This document shows positions 1 through 12,696 of a stretch of DNA of 64,000 nt, piece after piece. The notes beneath the pieces were generated by a model. That model made no database searches and had not been told where the DNA came from. It saw only the letters and a list, made by a program, of their open reading frames with translations. A program made the position numbers and the translations under genes. Source of the DNA: Marsupella aquatica (taxonomy: Eukaryota > Plantae > Marchantiophyta); the NCBI GenBank assembly GCA_973895155.1, contig OZ316896.1:6962232-7026231 (forward strand), in the 5' to 3' direction. Each line of letters starts with the position of its first letter. The first letter of the stretch is position 1.

Positions 1-326
1 GACTCGTTAAATAGTCACATCGATGAACATTTTGACGCCACGTGTTGTGATACTATTAGTTAATGTTGCGTCATTTAAGACGTCTCTCAATGACTGACGG
101 CCGTCTAACTAGTCATTTTGGATTTGTAGTCATTATGGACTTTCTGTCATTTATGCAACGCTTTAAATGACCAAAGTAGTTTTAGTCATTTGTCACGAAT
201 GACTGTGACTAAAATGTCCGTTAGTACTCGACCGGAAAGACTGTTTTGGACCAGTCATTACTTGGTAAAAATGACTGGGTTTTTAGTCTTTGTTGCAGTC
301 TTTTAGAACCCTATTTTGTACTAGTG
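1..326. mobile_element. Terminus of a CACTA/EnSpm DNA transposon
   Basis: Ends in TTTTGTACTAGTG, the reverse complement of CACTAGTACAAAA, a typical CACTA TIR. It is preceded by many short GTCAT/ATGAC/TAGTC subterminal repeats. The other end is outside the window. Confidence 0.7.
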
Positions 327-337
327 TCAAAGCAATA

Positions 338-685
338 GAAACTAACTAATTAAAGGGTGATACTATAATTGTAGGTCACGCACCCTGGTGCGTGTCAATC
401 TTTTTTGTATTCAACCCTATAGTAATTAAATAGACAAGTTAGTTAGTTGGTTAGTTTATTTAAGATATAATATTAGTTAGTGGGCCCTTAGTTTGGTGAT
501 ATTAAGGCATGATATTATTGACATTCAAATGAATGTCCAGTAGACATTGTAATATACAACAATCCTATTAATTGTTGTAAAGAAACTAATTAATTAAAGG
601 GTGGTACTTACTATGATTGTAGGTCACGCACCCTGGTGCGTGTCAATCTTTTTTGTATTCAACCCTATAATAATTAAATAGACAA
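338..685. repeat. ~100-bp direct repeat pair (338-437 and 581-685), each with a CACGCAC-N4-GTGCGTG hairpin
   Basis: Two near-identical copies of GAAACTAA.TAATTAAAGGGTG...GTAGGTCACGCACCCTGGTGCGTGTCAATCTTTTTTGTATTCAACCCTATA.TAATTAAATAGACAA. Confidence 0.85.
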
Positions 686-933
686 TTGAAACAATGAATG
701 ACAGTTTAATTAAGGATTTGTGCATGGATCAAGAGGTACTTGATGTCATTTAGTGATGCATTGTTATAAAGATCTTGCAGCAAAACATTTGAAGTTTTTG
801 ACTATCCCACCAAATGTTAAAGAGGTTGATCATTCATTAACTAATAATATTTAGATAAAATTGGAATTAATCTAATACTTCAGTATTCCTTAAATTGGGG
901 TTATATCTGTTTTCTTAATATGTTTCAATTCGT

Positions 934-3577
934 TTCTCACCGGGCTGCCCCACTCAGGTGGAATTGTTAGAAAGCCGTCGTAATCGGGATAATCTGTTGA
1001 GGCACACAAGACATTCCTTCATGGCTGCTGAGATTTGCAGGATGGAGGCGCTTCCTACACTTTCAAAAGTGAAGGCAGTGTTGTGGCTTCTCCCGAAGGA
1101 AAGGCTCGTGGGACGGATGGGCTCACAACGGAAGTGTACAGGGCCTGTTGGGACTTTATGAAGGAAGACTTGGTGGCAATGATACAAGATTTTTGGTTGA
1201 TAGGCGTGCTGGCAGCTGAGATAAAAGAAGGGCTGATAAAGATGATCCCGAAAAAACCGGACAAACGGTATCTGAAAGACTGGCGTCCTCTGACCATGCT
1301 AAACACCAGCTACAAGATACTTGCCAAAGTAATGGCTCTACAGATTAAGCATTTACTTGGCAACCTGATCAGCCCTCAGCAGACTGGGTTTATCCCGGGC
1401 AGACATATTCTAGAGAATATTTCTCTTGCATGGCTTATCAATGACTGGGTGCACAATCGTAAGCAGGAAGCTCTGTTTTTAAAACTGGATTTTCGAAAAA
1501 GCATTTGATAGGGTCAATCATGAGTACTTGTGGGAAGTTATGCTGTTGCTGGGGTTTAGCAGTAGGACGGTGAATCTTATGAAAGCCTTACTTTCAAATG
1601 TCAGTTCTTGTGTATTGGTCAATGGCTTTCTTAGCAAAGCTCTATCTTTGTGCAGGGGGGTGAGACAGGGATGCCCTCTCTCCCCTCTTCTTTTTGTGAT
1701 TTCAAGGCAACCACTTATGGATTTTTTGGATGCTGAGATGGCTGCTGGCAGACTATGTGGAATTCAGGTTTCGGCTGAGCTATCTGTGTGCTATAGACTT
1801 TTCGCTGATGATGTGGGCATGTTCATCCCGGCTACTGAGGTGGCATTCAAGGATGCTACAACAGCCTTGGCATGTTATGAGGGTGCATCTGGAGCTAGGC
1901 TGAATTTGCGCAAATCTGTGATTATCCCACTTGCAATGGCGCACATTCCATTCTGGCTTGGGGATACTGGATGCAAAATTAGTAAGCCAGGGGAAGTGCA
2001 AAAATATTTGGGGGCTCCATTTGGGGTTGGGCTGACAGTTGAAAGTTTACACGGCTTCTGCCTGGATAAGATTGCTGCTCGCTTGTCATCCTGGTCCAAT
2101 AAATTGTTGTCTTTCACTGGCCGGACTTTTCTGGTGAAACATGTGCTAATGGCAATACCTATCTATCATGTTATGTACATGAAAGCATTGGATGGGCTGG
2201 CGAAGAAACTGATTGCACTCTGTCAAGATTTTCTGTGGGGATTTAACCCGGCTGGTGGGAAACAAATTCCTCTGGTTGCTTGGGAAAAGATGGCTAGACC
2301 AAAGGTAGACGGTGGGCTGGGGTTTAGAGACTTTTAAAGCCATTCTGACGCTTTGTTGACCCAGTGGTTTATGAAGGCTCTGCACTACCCGAGAACAGAA
2401 TGGGCTCGGATGCTGGCTGCTAACCTATGTCTTATAGGATGGCTGAACTTCAGAGTAATTCGACGGAATCACTACACATTTGAGGATAAGCTCTTGCTGT
2501 GCACCCCCAGATCTGGATGTGGTATGACATACACTTGGGGAATCTGGAAGGCATGGGAAGCTCTCAGGGCTAGTCTCTCATTTGCCCCTGGGGCCGCTGA
2601 CTATCCGGGGAGATGGAGCATTCAGGATACTCTTTGCTGCACGAAAGGTTTTAACACATGGTCCTCTGTACACACAAAGTTCACGGTGGAGATTTGTGGG
2701 AGACTTGGAATACGGAAGATCTCGGACTGTTGGGTATCTGAGACACAATGCTGGCGGGATTTTACTTGTCGGTGGAGCATGTTGAGAGGGTGGGCGCAGG
2801 CTCATAGGGATCGCTGTAAACAGCGACTGCTAACGATAAGTGCAGGGCGCAGCTGCAATAGTGGACTCAAGCCGACTGGATGCTTCCTTTGGTCGTGGCC
2901 ATTTGCAGATTGTTCGTCTCTTTTTGCTATTCCAAATCCTATGGATGGTCTGGCTGGGAAGGAATGAACATGTTTTCAATGAACAAGGTAGAAGACTCTT
3001 TGACATGCGCTGGGTTCTTGGTGAGACAGCTTCTCACTTACATGGTGTGTCTCTTCGTTTCCCTACTGGGCGGAAGCACATCCGGCTCTTGAGGGCCAGA
3101 AAAGTAATTGAGTTGGAGAGGCGAGTGTGGATGACTCGCAGGGATGGACGCCTTACTTCTGGCTGATGATGCTTTGGTTGGTGGAACGGACCTCCTTTGG
3201 CTGGGCTGCTTCTGGGTGACTCTTGCGGGGGGCCCTAAGTGGTCACTGCTGGGCGGTTGTTCCTCTGCGCTTTATTTCTATGATAGGATGTCGCATGTCA
3301 GTGGCCCTGCTTGGGTACTGTTACACAGGACATTTAGTGTTACTTGAGCCCTTTAGGGGCTGTGGCCGCTCGGCTTGTACTTCTGACATGGTGGACTGTA
3401 TTTACTGGCAGTGTGTTCTGGTTTGGCGGCTGTTAGTTTTTCTGTTGGCCCCATTTAGGGGCCTCCCTGTTGCCTCTTCGGGGTGGTGTTGCTTTGCGTT
3501 TTTCTGGTGCTGTGTGCTTCCCCCCATCCGTGGGTTTTTTGCGGTTTTATTATTAAAGAAAAAAGAAAAAAGAAAAA
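934..3577 (+). mobile_element. 5'-truncated, decayed L1-clade LINE (ORF2 RT region, 3' UTR, A-rich tail)
   Basis: Frameshifted ORFs 1035-1508, 1528-2337 and 2353-3166 carry L1 RT motifs KARGTDG, DWRPLTMLNTSYKILAK, QTGFIPGR, KLDF, GVRQGCPLSPLLF, LFADD, KYLG, GGLG and WMVWLGRN. A-rich tail at 3555-3577. Probable TSD AATATGTTTCAAT(T/C)CGT at 917-933 and 3587-3603. Confidence 0.92.
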
Positions 3578-4150
3578 TTTCCAAGGAATATGTTTCAATC
3601 CGTATTAAGAGGCTCTACTTAACGTTGATTTTCCTTCCGTATTTAACATCTTCAAAGTAACAAGTCTTCCTATTCATTCATTTTACTCCTTAATGAGTTT
3701 TGTTAAGGTGTTTTTCGTAAATAACAGATGGTTTAATAAGAAAGTCTTAGTTCACTCCATAATGTCATCTAATTATATTAATTTTCAACTCCTCTTCTTA
3801 TCCAAGTTCTTAAACATCCTTTATGTTTATTTGTTTCCATTCATAAGGACTTTGCACCATTCACAAGTTTCTTGTTTTCAAAAGTCCATGCATTCTATTC
3901 ACAAACACTTTTTGTTACATTCAAAATTTTCAGAAACACATTATTTTTATTTGTAATGAACCCTTTTAAGGTGTCGGATTTACAACATTTTTGAAGTCTA
4001 CTAATTCATTCTTGTCGGCTTTTCCTCAGTTGGGGTCTCGGCTTGGCTCAGTTCAGGTCCCAAGGTCAGGTCCCAAGGTCAGGTTCAATCAGAATTAACC
4101 AATTTTCCCTATCTAATCATCAATTGTTACTCCAAGGCATTTTCTACATA

Positions 4151-4226
4151 ATGAGCATTTGACTCATTTCTTTGCTTTGTATTTGGCTTTTGTTTTGCCA
4201 CAACTCCCTTGACTCATTGGGTCGTC
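4151..4226 (+). mobile_element. 3' UTR fragment of the RTE-X-like LINE family
   Basis: ATGAGCATTTGACTCATTTCTTTGCTTTGTATTTGGCT...CTCCCTTGACTCATTGGG matches 28973-29047 and 38629-38698. Confidence 0.8.
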
Positions 4227-5640
4227 AATTGTTTGGAGTGCCTGGCCATGAATTTCACAAGCAATTTGGTACACAAGAGAGAGATTGTCACCGTGTAATG
4301 AATGAGTGTTGGGTAGTGAGAATTGCAGAGAACCGCCGCAAGAAAACTCAACAGATATTAGGATTCCAAAGAATGAGGACCCACCCCACATACCGGCAAT
4401 CAGAGGCAAGAGTCAGTGAAACCCAAGTAGAACCGGTGGAGGTCGCCATTCAAGCGCTTAACATTGGAGCCACCGAGCCCGAGGACGAAACTTTGACTGA
4501 TCGTTCCAAAGAACGATTAACTGAAAGACAACTAGTTAAGAGATGCATGATCCAGTAACAAGTAACAGTTAAGAGTTACTATGACAAGTAACGATTAACA
4601 TGTGCCTTTAGTGGAATAAAGCGGTTAGAAAAACTAAGTAAGCAGTTTGACAGTTACAACTGCTAATTGTTAGAGGAAGTTGGACAAACCTGCCTGTAGA
4701 AGAAATATAGGGTAGCAGAGTAGGAGTGGAAAGGGTCTTTTGTTGTGGAAACTTTCAGGAAGCTCGAGAGGCAGCCCAGGAGGAGGTAGTGCCGGATTGC
4801 TAGATCTGGAGGTAGATGGAAGCCCATGGAAGAAAAACCATGTAAAGAAATTGATGCGAACATGGAATGAAAGATGCAATCAAGGCCTGTTGGCAGGTCT
4901 TCAGGAAGCATTCGATTGCATAGCTTATATTTGTTGTATGTCAGTAGAATCAAAACTAAGAAATTGATACTAAAAAAGAGATGGCTGGAAATATTAACAT
5001 TTGACAATGAGAATTCATTTGGATTTGGTTGGAACCTGTAAAAGGAAATATCAGAATAGTATGGCATGTGGTGATTGAGATTATAAATTGTTAAAGAAAT
5101 CCTTGCCAAAGTGAAATGTTGAGTAATGGATAAGAGGCAAATTCTGAGTAAGACCCAGAGTAGGTAACATGGAATTAGCTACCTTTGATTGGTCGTTTAA
5201 ATTGGAACACATCCCATTTGGGCTACAAAATGCCTCGAATGAATGTAAAGCCATGATTGAGAGTTGGGTGAGAATTATTGGAGAAGAAGAAGAAGAGTCA
5301 ATGTCTGAGGAACTTTCTACAATGGGTTTGGAATTCCTCTTTGAAGAAACATTAACTGAAGGGAAAAAGGGAAATTGACATTCAATTCAAGTAACAGGCG
5401 GAGGATCAAACTAAGGATAGTTAGATCGCTGTCTCGAGTAATCGTACAGGTCATCACTAATTGTTTGACAAAAAGGTTAAATAGTAGATGACAAGTGAAT
5501 GAGAAATCTGATCAATTGAAGCCGTATGATGTTTAATTGATACAAAGAAGGATAGTGGAGGAGTTAGGAGTTTCGGAGGATGGTTAACTCCAGGAGCTGG
5601 CAACTAGTAAACTTCAGTAGTTAACAATGACGCATGGCGT
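4227..5640 (+). mobile_element. Highly degenerate LTR-retrotransposon remnant
   Basis: The 5169-5378 ORF contains HIPFGLQNAS, resembling the Gypsy RT MPFGLxNA motif. The surrounding ORFs are broken and purine-rich. Confidence 0.35.
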
Positions 5641-5691
5641 CATGCTCTTACACCATAGTCAGAAACAGAGTAGTCTTGTGCAGATGGACCG

Positions 5692-6036
5692 GTGACTCTT
5701 TCACCATTGGATACCACTCCTATTGCTTGGCAGTATCCACCGGAGGGTATTTGCTTGTTGGATCTATTTGGTGGGATTAGCACTGGATTGGCTGCATTTC
5801 TTCACACAGGAATTCCTGTGCGTTGTTATTTGTATGTGGAGACAGATGAGACAACACGTAGGGTCTCATTGTGGCATGTGGCTATGTTGGTGGATAGATA
5901 TCCATAGTTGCTGCCAGTGGATGCTATTTGTGGTTATCAGCATGCACTACCTGCTGATATTTCATTACTGGGGGTGGATCATTTGCATCGTGTTGGCTCC
6001 ATTGATTTGGTGATTGCTGGTTAGCCATGTCAGGGC
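5692..6036 (+). pseudogene. DNMT3-like C5 cytosine methyltransferase fragment (copy A, motifs I-IV), retroelement-borne
   Basis: One frame reads through two TAG stops (5905, 6022): ICLLDLFGGISTG (motif I), YLYVETD (II), LPADI (III), IDLVIAG*PCQG (IV, catalytic PC). Intronless. Confidence 0.88.
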
Positions 6037-6135
6037 AATCGATGGGGCTCACTTGCACCCGGCCTCCTGATCTTCACACCTAAAAAGGTGTATATCAACC
6101 TTGTAGAACTCATGGCTAGCTAGATCCTTACTCCC

Positions 6136-6735
6136 AGCTAGGGGGGCGATTGTGAGTTTTGGACATGTGTGGACATGAGTTCCACTTGTATTCTATTCTC
6201 TTGTGTTTGTGATGTGGCTATGTGTGGATGTATGTGACAAGCGATGTATGTTGTGTAGCGATGTGGATGCGCACGACAGTTGTCACACCATTCTAGGCAG
6301 TGTTAGAGTGTATCGTACTATCTAGATCCATATGTTTGGTAGTGTGCTATATGAGCCAATAAGGTTCCGTTAAGTTTGTGTGAGAGGGTAGTTCTCTCTT
6401 GTGAGGCATTGAAAGGTTATCTTTCAATGTTGAGCCTTGAAGAGGGGAGCTTGTGTGGTGGCTATGGTGGCTGAGAGCTCGCTCTATGTAGCGTGGATTC
6501 CTTGAGTGCAAGGTGCGTTGACTCGATATACACGTGTGATCGGATTGGTGCGGGATCGATGGAATATTGTCGACTGTGATTTTTGTGAAGATTTTTGTGG
6601 GTTTTGGACATGTGTGGACATGAGTTCCACTTGTATTCCATTTTTTTGTGTTTGTGATGTGACAGTGTGACTCTGTGGATATATGTGACAAGCGATGTAT
6701 GTTGTGTAGCGATGTGTATGCGCACGACAGCTATC
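6136..6735 (+). repeat. Purine tract followed by an LTR-like sequence with a ~135-bp direct repeat (6151-6279 and 6596-6730)
   Basis: AGCTAGGGGGGCGAT immediately precedes TGTGAG.... Both repeat copies run TGTG.GTTTTGGACATGTGTGGACATGAGTTCCACTTGTATTC...GCGCACGACAG. Confidence 0.55.
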
Positions 6736-6890
6736 ATGAGATTGAGAAATGTTAATATATGGTAATGGTAATGTATTATTGCTAGGAGACCATAAAAAGT
6801 TAAAGGAGTTGCAACCAAATAAAAAAGTACAATGCAAAGAAATGAGCAATTAAAAGAAATTGCTTAATAGAGTATCATCCTATCGTCTAT

Positions 6891-7240
6891 CAATATGAAG
6901 ATCCATCCCAAGAAGTGTGAGTTTGTTGTTACCTTAGTGGGCATCGACTCATTGGATGGCACTATGTTTCACTGGGCTAAAGTGGTGTCTATTCTTGAGG
7001 TTCTTAAGACTACTGGTACTCACCCTTTCAGAAACTTCATTGTCTATGTAATTACTACATAATTTACATCAAGTGACTTTAGAATCTCACTAAATTCAAT
7101 AGTCACAATGAGCTGGTTCAAAATGGCCTGAGTGTCAATAAGTTTGGGAGCAAGAGGAGTTTCAGACTCAAGTTTTGTGGGGGGGGGGGGGGGGTGTTTG
7201 AGGATCCCCTGATCCAGTGCCCTGAGTCAAACAAGATATA
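6891..7240 (+). mobile_element. Degenerate Gypsy RT C-terminal fragment related to the RT at 17632-18437
   Basis: Reads NMKIHPKKCEFVV...HWAKVVSILEV. The nucleotides closely resemble 18318-18436. Confidence 0.75.
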
Positions 7241-9267
7241 CTTTGGGCAGCCCCTGACTTAAAGTGTGACCGGGGTCAAGTTTCAAGCCAAAAAAAATCC
7301 TCTCGCTTTTATGCTATACTTTAGTGGACGGTGAGGTGAACTCAAACCTACCCCAAAGAGGGATGGAGGTCTAGTATCTGTCCCATCGAGATGCGTCCTT
7401 GCCCTGTATGAACAACACCACCCATGTGCATGAACAAGCCTCCCAGGTGGTCTAAAAATTATGGTCTTTCCCTATTGGACCGCCCTAGCCATCTGTCCTT
7501 CCAAGTGCCTCCGACCGGATCCGAATTGACGTCTATTCACGTGATGAGCGAAGGTGACCGTCTTTTGTGAGTAGACGGCCGGCTGTTGCCATATCCACAG
7601 TGTAATCTTTCACGGTCCCGTCGAAATTTCAGCATTGCCAGTCAGCGGCAGGAGAGACAAGCCAGGCCAAGTAGGTGGACTACCAGTAAAGCCAGCCAGC
7701 AATCCAATGGCAAGGGCAAGGAGTACCCGCTGGGAGCTGCCGTAGAAAGCGGACGAGGGGGCGGAAGATTGGCTGGAAAAGAGTGAGAGGGGTTGCTGCG
7801 CGCAGGATTCCGTCGAAAGGCGGTGGGTCAGGAAGGATTGAGGGTGAAGCCCATCCTAGAATTTTTATCAAATGCATTATCCGTTGTCGTACTCAGGTGA
7901 TGCATGACGTATAAAGTTATTAAAGTAAGTGTGGAAAGTAGCCATGGCTGCAAATGTCGGAAGAGGCATCTTAGACAAGACTCGTCTGGGATGGAGCGCG
8001 GCGTAGACAATACTTCCTCACAGCAAGTGGATTGGTCTTGTGTTCCGATGTCCTATTCAGCAGCGAAGTGCTTGTTTACCCGGTAAATGTGCCGTCGCAA
8101 GCCAGCGATGGACATCCGGGTGGGAGAGCTTCTGACAGAACTTGAAGATCTGGTCCGGTGAACCGTCTGGTTTCTTTTGACGGAACATGTTTGAGGTGGT
8201 GGCGCATCTTTCTCTCTTCCACCACTGCCAACACTGCGTTGTTATCCTGATGTGTGAAGCCATCTGACTCTTATCCTTCCTCTTCCCAAAGGAGAGCTGG
8301 GCGTGGCTAGAGCAGGCGAAGCGTTCAGGATTGAAGATGGTTCCAAGCTGTAACAAGTTCCCGAGTCACTCATGTACATGCGCGCCGTAGTCTACTTGCT
8401 CCTTTGTGTTTAGCGATTTTCTGTGTGCTGGACAATGTGCCTGAGCCCCTTCATTCTATCAATCCTAAGCGTACGTCAAGTTCTCATGCCTAGTGAAGGA
8501 CGGTGTAGAGCACGTGATTTAAGCTTTAGAGGTACCGCGGTAGCGTACTAGTTTAGACAGCCCTGTCGTTCTAGGCTGTCCTGGTTACCGGCTGGTTGTG
8601 GTTTCTAATGTTTGAGCCGGAATGCTTTGTTGTTACAGGTGGAAGTAATATAGATTGGGGGTAACTGGTAAGTCCCGAAAGGAACTGGTCGGTAGAAGGT
8701 TATGTGGGAGGAGTACAGCCATCTTGAGAATTGATCTTTGGTCGCAAGTGGGTGATTCAGGGAGGAATGCATATGACGAAGCCTCCAGTGAAAGTACTGG
8801 ATGGGAGCTAGTTGTGTAGTCAATAATAAAGTATAGGGCACCAAGGGACAGGTTTTGGTCTAGCAAATCTGTCCTTGCGCGGGGCTTCTCAAGGAAATGC
8901 TGATTGATTGGGGCATTTGAAGTTTCAATTCAAGCTTACAATCCCGTAGTATCCGTGGCAGGGTAAGGGTAGCTTATGATCATGTAGTATCAGTAACAGA
9001 GTAAGTGGAAGACATTAGCAGGGGTTGTCTGACGCTGCGGATGTGTTTATCTGTCAGCTCCCCTCTTCCGCTTCGGTGTGTGTACGAGAGGCCTTGGTGG
9101 GATGTGATATACGATATGCTGGTTTACATGTACTGCAATTTTTGGTCAGGAACAACGTTTTCTTATCACCATAGTACGCACGCAACGCTGCTCTGTGTGG
9201 TGAACTGCAGTGGGATTTTAACGACTTCCTAAGAGTATAGAGAAGTACTTTGATTAAGATCGCCAGA

Positions 9268-12200
9268 ATGACATCTCCCTGCACTGTAGTTTGGTTTCGA
9301 CGTGACCTCCGCGTCGAAGATAACCCGGCACTGGTTGCTGCTTCTAGGGCAGGTAGAGTGATTCCTGTGTTCATATGGGCCCCTGAAGAAGACGGAGAAT
9401 TTCGTCCGGGTCGTGTTTCAAGGTGGTGGCTGAAGCAGAGTTTGGCTCACTTGGATTCGTCCTTGAGGAGTCTAGGTTCGCCGCTGATTATGAGGAGAGC
9501 CAGCGATACGCTAACTGTACTTCTAGAGATAGTACGAGCAGTTGGAGCAACGCAGGTTTTCTACAACCACTTATATGGTAAGACCTACTGCCTTTCTCCT
9601 CCTCGTTCGTTGGGTCGGATCAAGTCATTGCCTTCATCGCCTTGCTGCTGGTTCTTCCTTCCTTCATTAAAATCAGAAATTATGCGGGCCAGGTTGGTAG
9701 GCAGATTTTGGCTACTGTTAGGTTGTTCGGTCAACCTGTAGACAGTGATAGGGGACCATGTGTAATGCAACGCCCCTAGACGAGTGGAAGCCTTCGCGAA
9801 TCTGGGCCTATGCCCAGCAGTTCTTCCACAGAATCCTATTGAACAGGATCAAAATTCTGACTCTCTGAGAGCATCTGTTCTGGACGAAACCACTCAGAGT
9901 TATGCAGATGGCCATGCAAATCTACAGGTGTATGATACCATGCGAGTAGCTGTTGTTGTCTAGCAGACACTCAGCTGTCTGGATGATCGGGGTGCCTAGT
10001 TGCTCGCCTCTGGCGGTCCATCTCTCTTTGATGCGAGCCTAATGCTGACGGACACAATGACTCATTTGTCCCACTCCAGGTCGAATGCGAGAAGATCCAC
10101 GTACAACCTAGTTCAATGCACCCTCAAAATACCTGTTTGGAATGTTTATGATTGGCTCGTACAGTTTGTGTTAGTGGGTGTTGGTTTGCTCAGTGTCTTT
10201 TGCGCCACACATGTAATGGCTTTCTGTGGATTTGACAGATCCTGTTTCCCTCGTCCGAGATCACCGAGTCAAGCAAGGCTTGTCGTCACACGGCATCGCT
10301 GTACACACTTTCAACGGGGACTTGCTGTACGAGCCGTGGGAGGTCTATGATGATAACGGACACGCTTTCACAACGTTCCAGGCATTCTGGCACAAATGTC
10401 TTAACATGCCTTTGGAGCCTGAAGCGCCCCTTCTGTCTCCACGGCGTTTAGAAGGAGATTGTACTGGTCAGAGAATTTTTCCTACACCCATCTCTCGCTT
10501 GCAAGAATCTCTCTGTTTTGTGTATCTATTCGCCCGTCATGGTTTTGCCAAAGGCGTCTAATGATATCACCACTTCGAGAGATTGCGTCATCATTGAGAA
10601 CAATCACCCTAAGCTTGGAAAAGTATGTTTGGTGGTAAACTTATATCGAAGCTTTTTGTGTAGCTGCGTGTTCCAGAATGGTTCCCGGAGATATTGGCGT
10701 TCTTGATGTTGTTTTTCTTGCGACCGGCTCTTTACTAAACTTGTGGTCTATGGTCTCGTAAAGCCTCAGAAGCTTCATCACTTTCAGATTTTGATCTGCA
10801 CACCTATTGGATGTTGTCACCTTGCAATGCTTGAATACATGCTGACGATTGCCCGATATGTCTTTGTTTAGGCTCTCTTCTAGTCTTCCAAGTTCTTTCA
10901 TTAATCTTCTGAAAGAACGAGATCTCATTTTGCTAAGGTATTAGATCCCTAAACTTTTGGGCTGGATGCGAATTGGTGTCTCATGTTGTCCTCCGTTTTG
11001 CAGGAAGAGTACCCGCGGGCACCGTTGATGATCTCGAGCTGGAAAATGAGCATGAGAGGGGCAGTAACGCTCTCCTGGGTCGAGCTTGGTCGCCTGGATG
11101 GATGAGCGCGAGTAGAGCCTTGGAGACTTTCTTGAATGGTCCTCTGCTAGAGTATGCCACAAATAGGAAAAAAACAGACACTGCTAATACTTCGCAATTG
11201 TCACCGCACTTACATTTTGGGGAGGTGAGTGTTCGCAAGATATTTCACGAGGCAAGGACCAAACAAATTCTTTGGTCCAAGGAAGTCAGACTGACGGGAG
11301 AGACTAGTGTAGGCTTGTTCCTCAGGGCTGTTGGTTTTCGTGAGTATTCCAGATATCTTAGTTTCAATTTTCCCTTCACCCATGAACGATCCCTTCTTGC
11401 AAACCTGAAGTCATTCCCATGGCTTATAGACGAGGCACGGTTCAAAGCTTGGAGGCAGGGTCGGACAGGGTATCCGTTGGTGGACGCTGGCATGAGGGAG
11501 CTCTGGGCTACTGGATGGCTGCATAGCAGAATACGGGTTATTGTTTCTAGCTTTTGTGTGAAGTTTTTACAGCTGCCGTGGAGATGGGGAATGAAATACT
11601 TTTGGGACACCCTGCTTGATGCGGATCTGGAATGTGATGTTCTTGGATGGCAGTACATCTCAGGCAGTTTACCTGATGGCCACGAGCTAGATCGGCTGGA
11701 AAATCCTCAGGTGCTTTGAACATCTCGTAACCCAGCATTTTCGTGTTTTCATTATTCAGCATGCTGTGGCGTTTTGCAAACTTCAAAGCAAATATTTAAC
11801 AGCGATGTCTTTGACAGTTTTTTGGAACAGTTTTTGCAAAATATTGAGAGTAATTTGTCCTTGTGCAGATTGAAGGGTATAAGTTTGATCCGGAGGGAGA
11901 GTATGTTCGTCGCTGGCTACCTGAACTTTCTAGGCTGCCAACTGAGTGGATTCATCACCCTTGGGATGCTGCTCCGAATGTTCTTCGTGCTGCTGGAGTT
12001 GAGCTAGGATGTAACTACCCTCGACCAATTGTTGAAATATCGGCAGCTCGGGATTGTCTGCAACGGTCACTGGCAGAGATGTGGGAACGTGAGGCAGCAT
12101 TGAAAGCAGCTTTAGCTAATGGACAGGATGAAGGATTGGGAGAAACTGTTGAAACATTAGTTAACAGTGGCAGCGGACAAGTAGTAATGGATGTACATAA

Positions 12201-12696
12201 GGTGGTGATTAGATCTAGAGGAGCTAGCTCAACAGCCAGTTCGCGGAGGGACCAACTAGTACCATGCATGCCTAGTGAATCTCACAAGCGTGCTGCTGCT
12301 CAAATGCTGAATTGGGATCATGTATCACCAGATGAAACTGAGGTTCCTGTACAGCAGACTTGTCCCGCGACACAGTCAGGCGTGATCCTCGAACTACCAC
12401 ACACGTCGCAGACAGGTAGTTATGATCGTTCAATGGGAGAAGCCGACATTGTGGATAATGATCTTCATTCGACAGCTGAGTCGTCAGCAGCGGTAGGGAG
12501 GCAGCGTGACGAGTCCAGAGGTGCCGTGCCAGTGTGGTCACAATCACCTTCAGTCCGTCCACAGAGGCTACCTCAACATGGAGGCCTGGTGCCTGTTGTA
12601 CCTGAGGTGCGCCGTGCCAGCATGACAAGAAGACATATTCACTCCTCACAGATGGTGAACATGGAGGCCAGGAGTTCGCATAAGGTATGCTATTGA
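9268..12696 (+). CDS. CRY: Plant cryptochrome blue-light photoreceptor (PHR domain plus CCE/DAS tail)
   Basis: Inferred GT-AG exons 9268-9577, 10239-10466, 11004-11710 and 11869-12684. Motifs VWFRRDLRVEDNPAL, LSPHLHFGEVS, WRQGRTGYPLVDAGMRELWATGW and DADLECDVLGWQYISG. DAS motifs DQLVP, STAESS and GAVPVW. The final exon(s) are uncertain and the CDS may extend to 13768. Confidence 0.96.

Noticed and set aside
7538-8516. G-boxes (CACGTG) as CRY light-responsive elements
   Set aside because: Two 6-mers are near chance expectation and the TSS is unknown.
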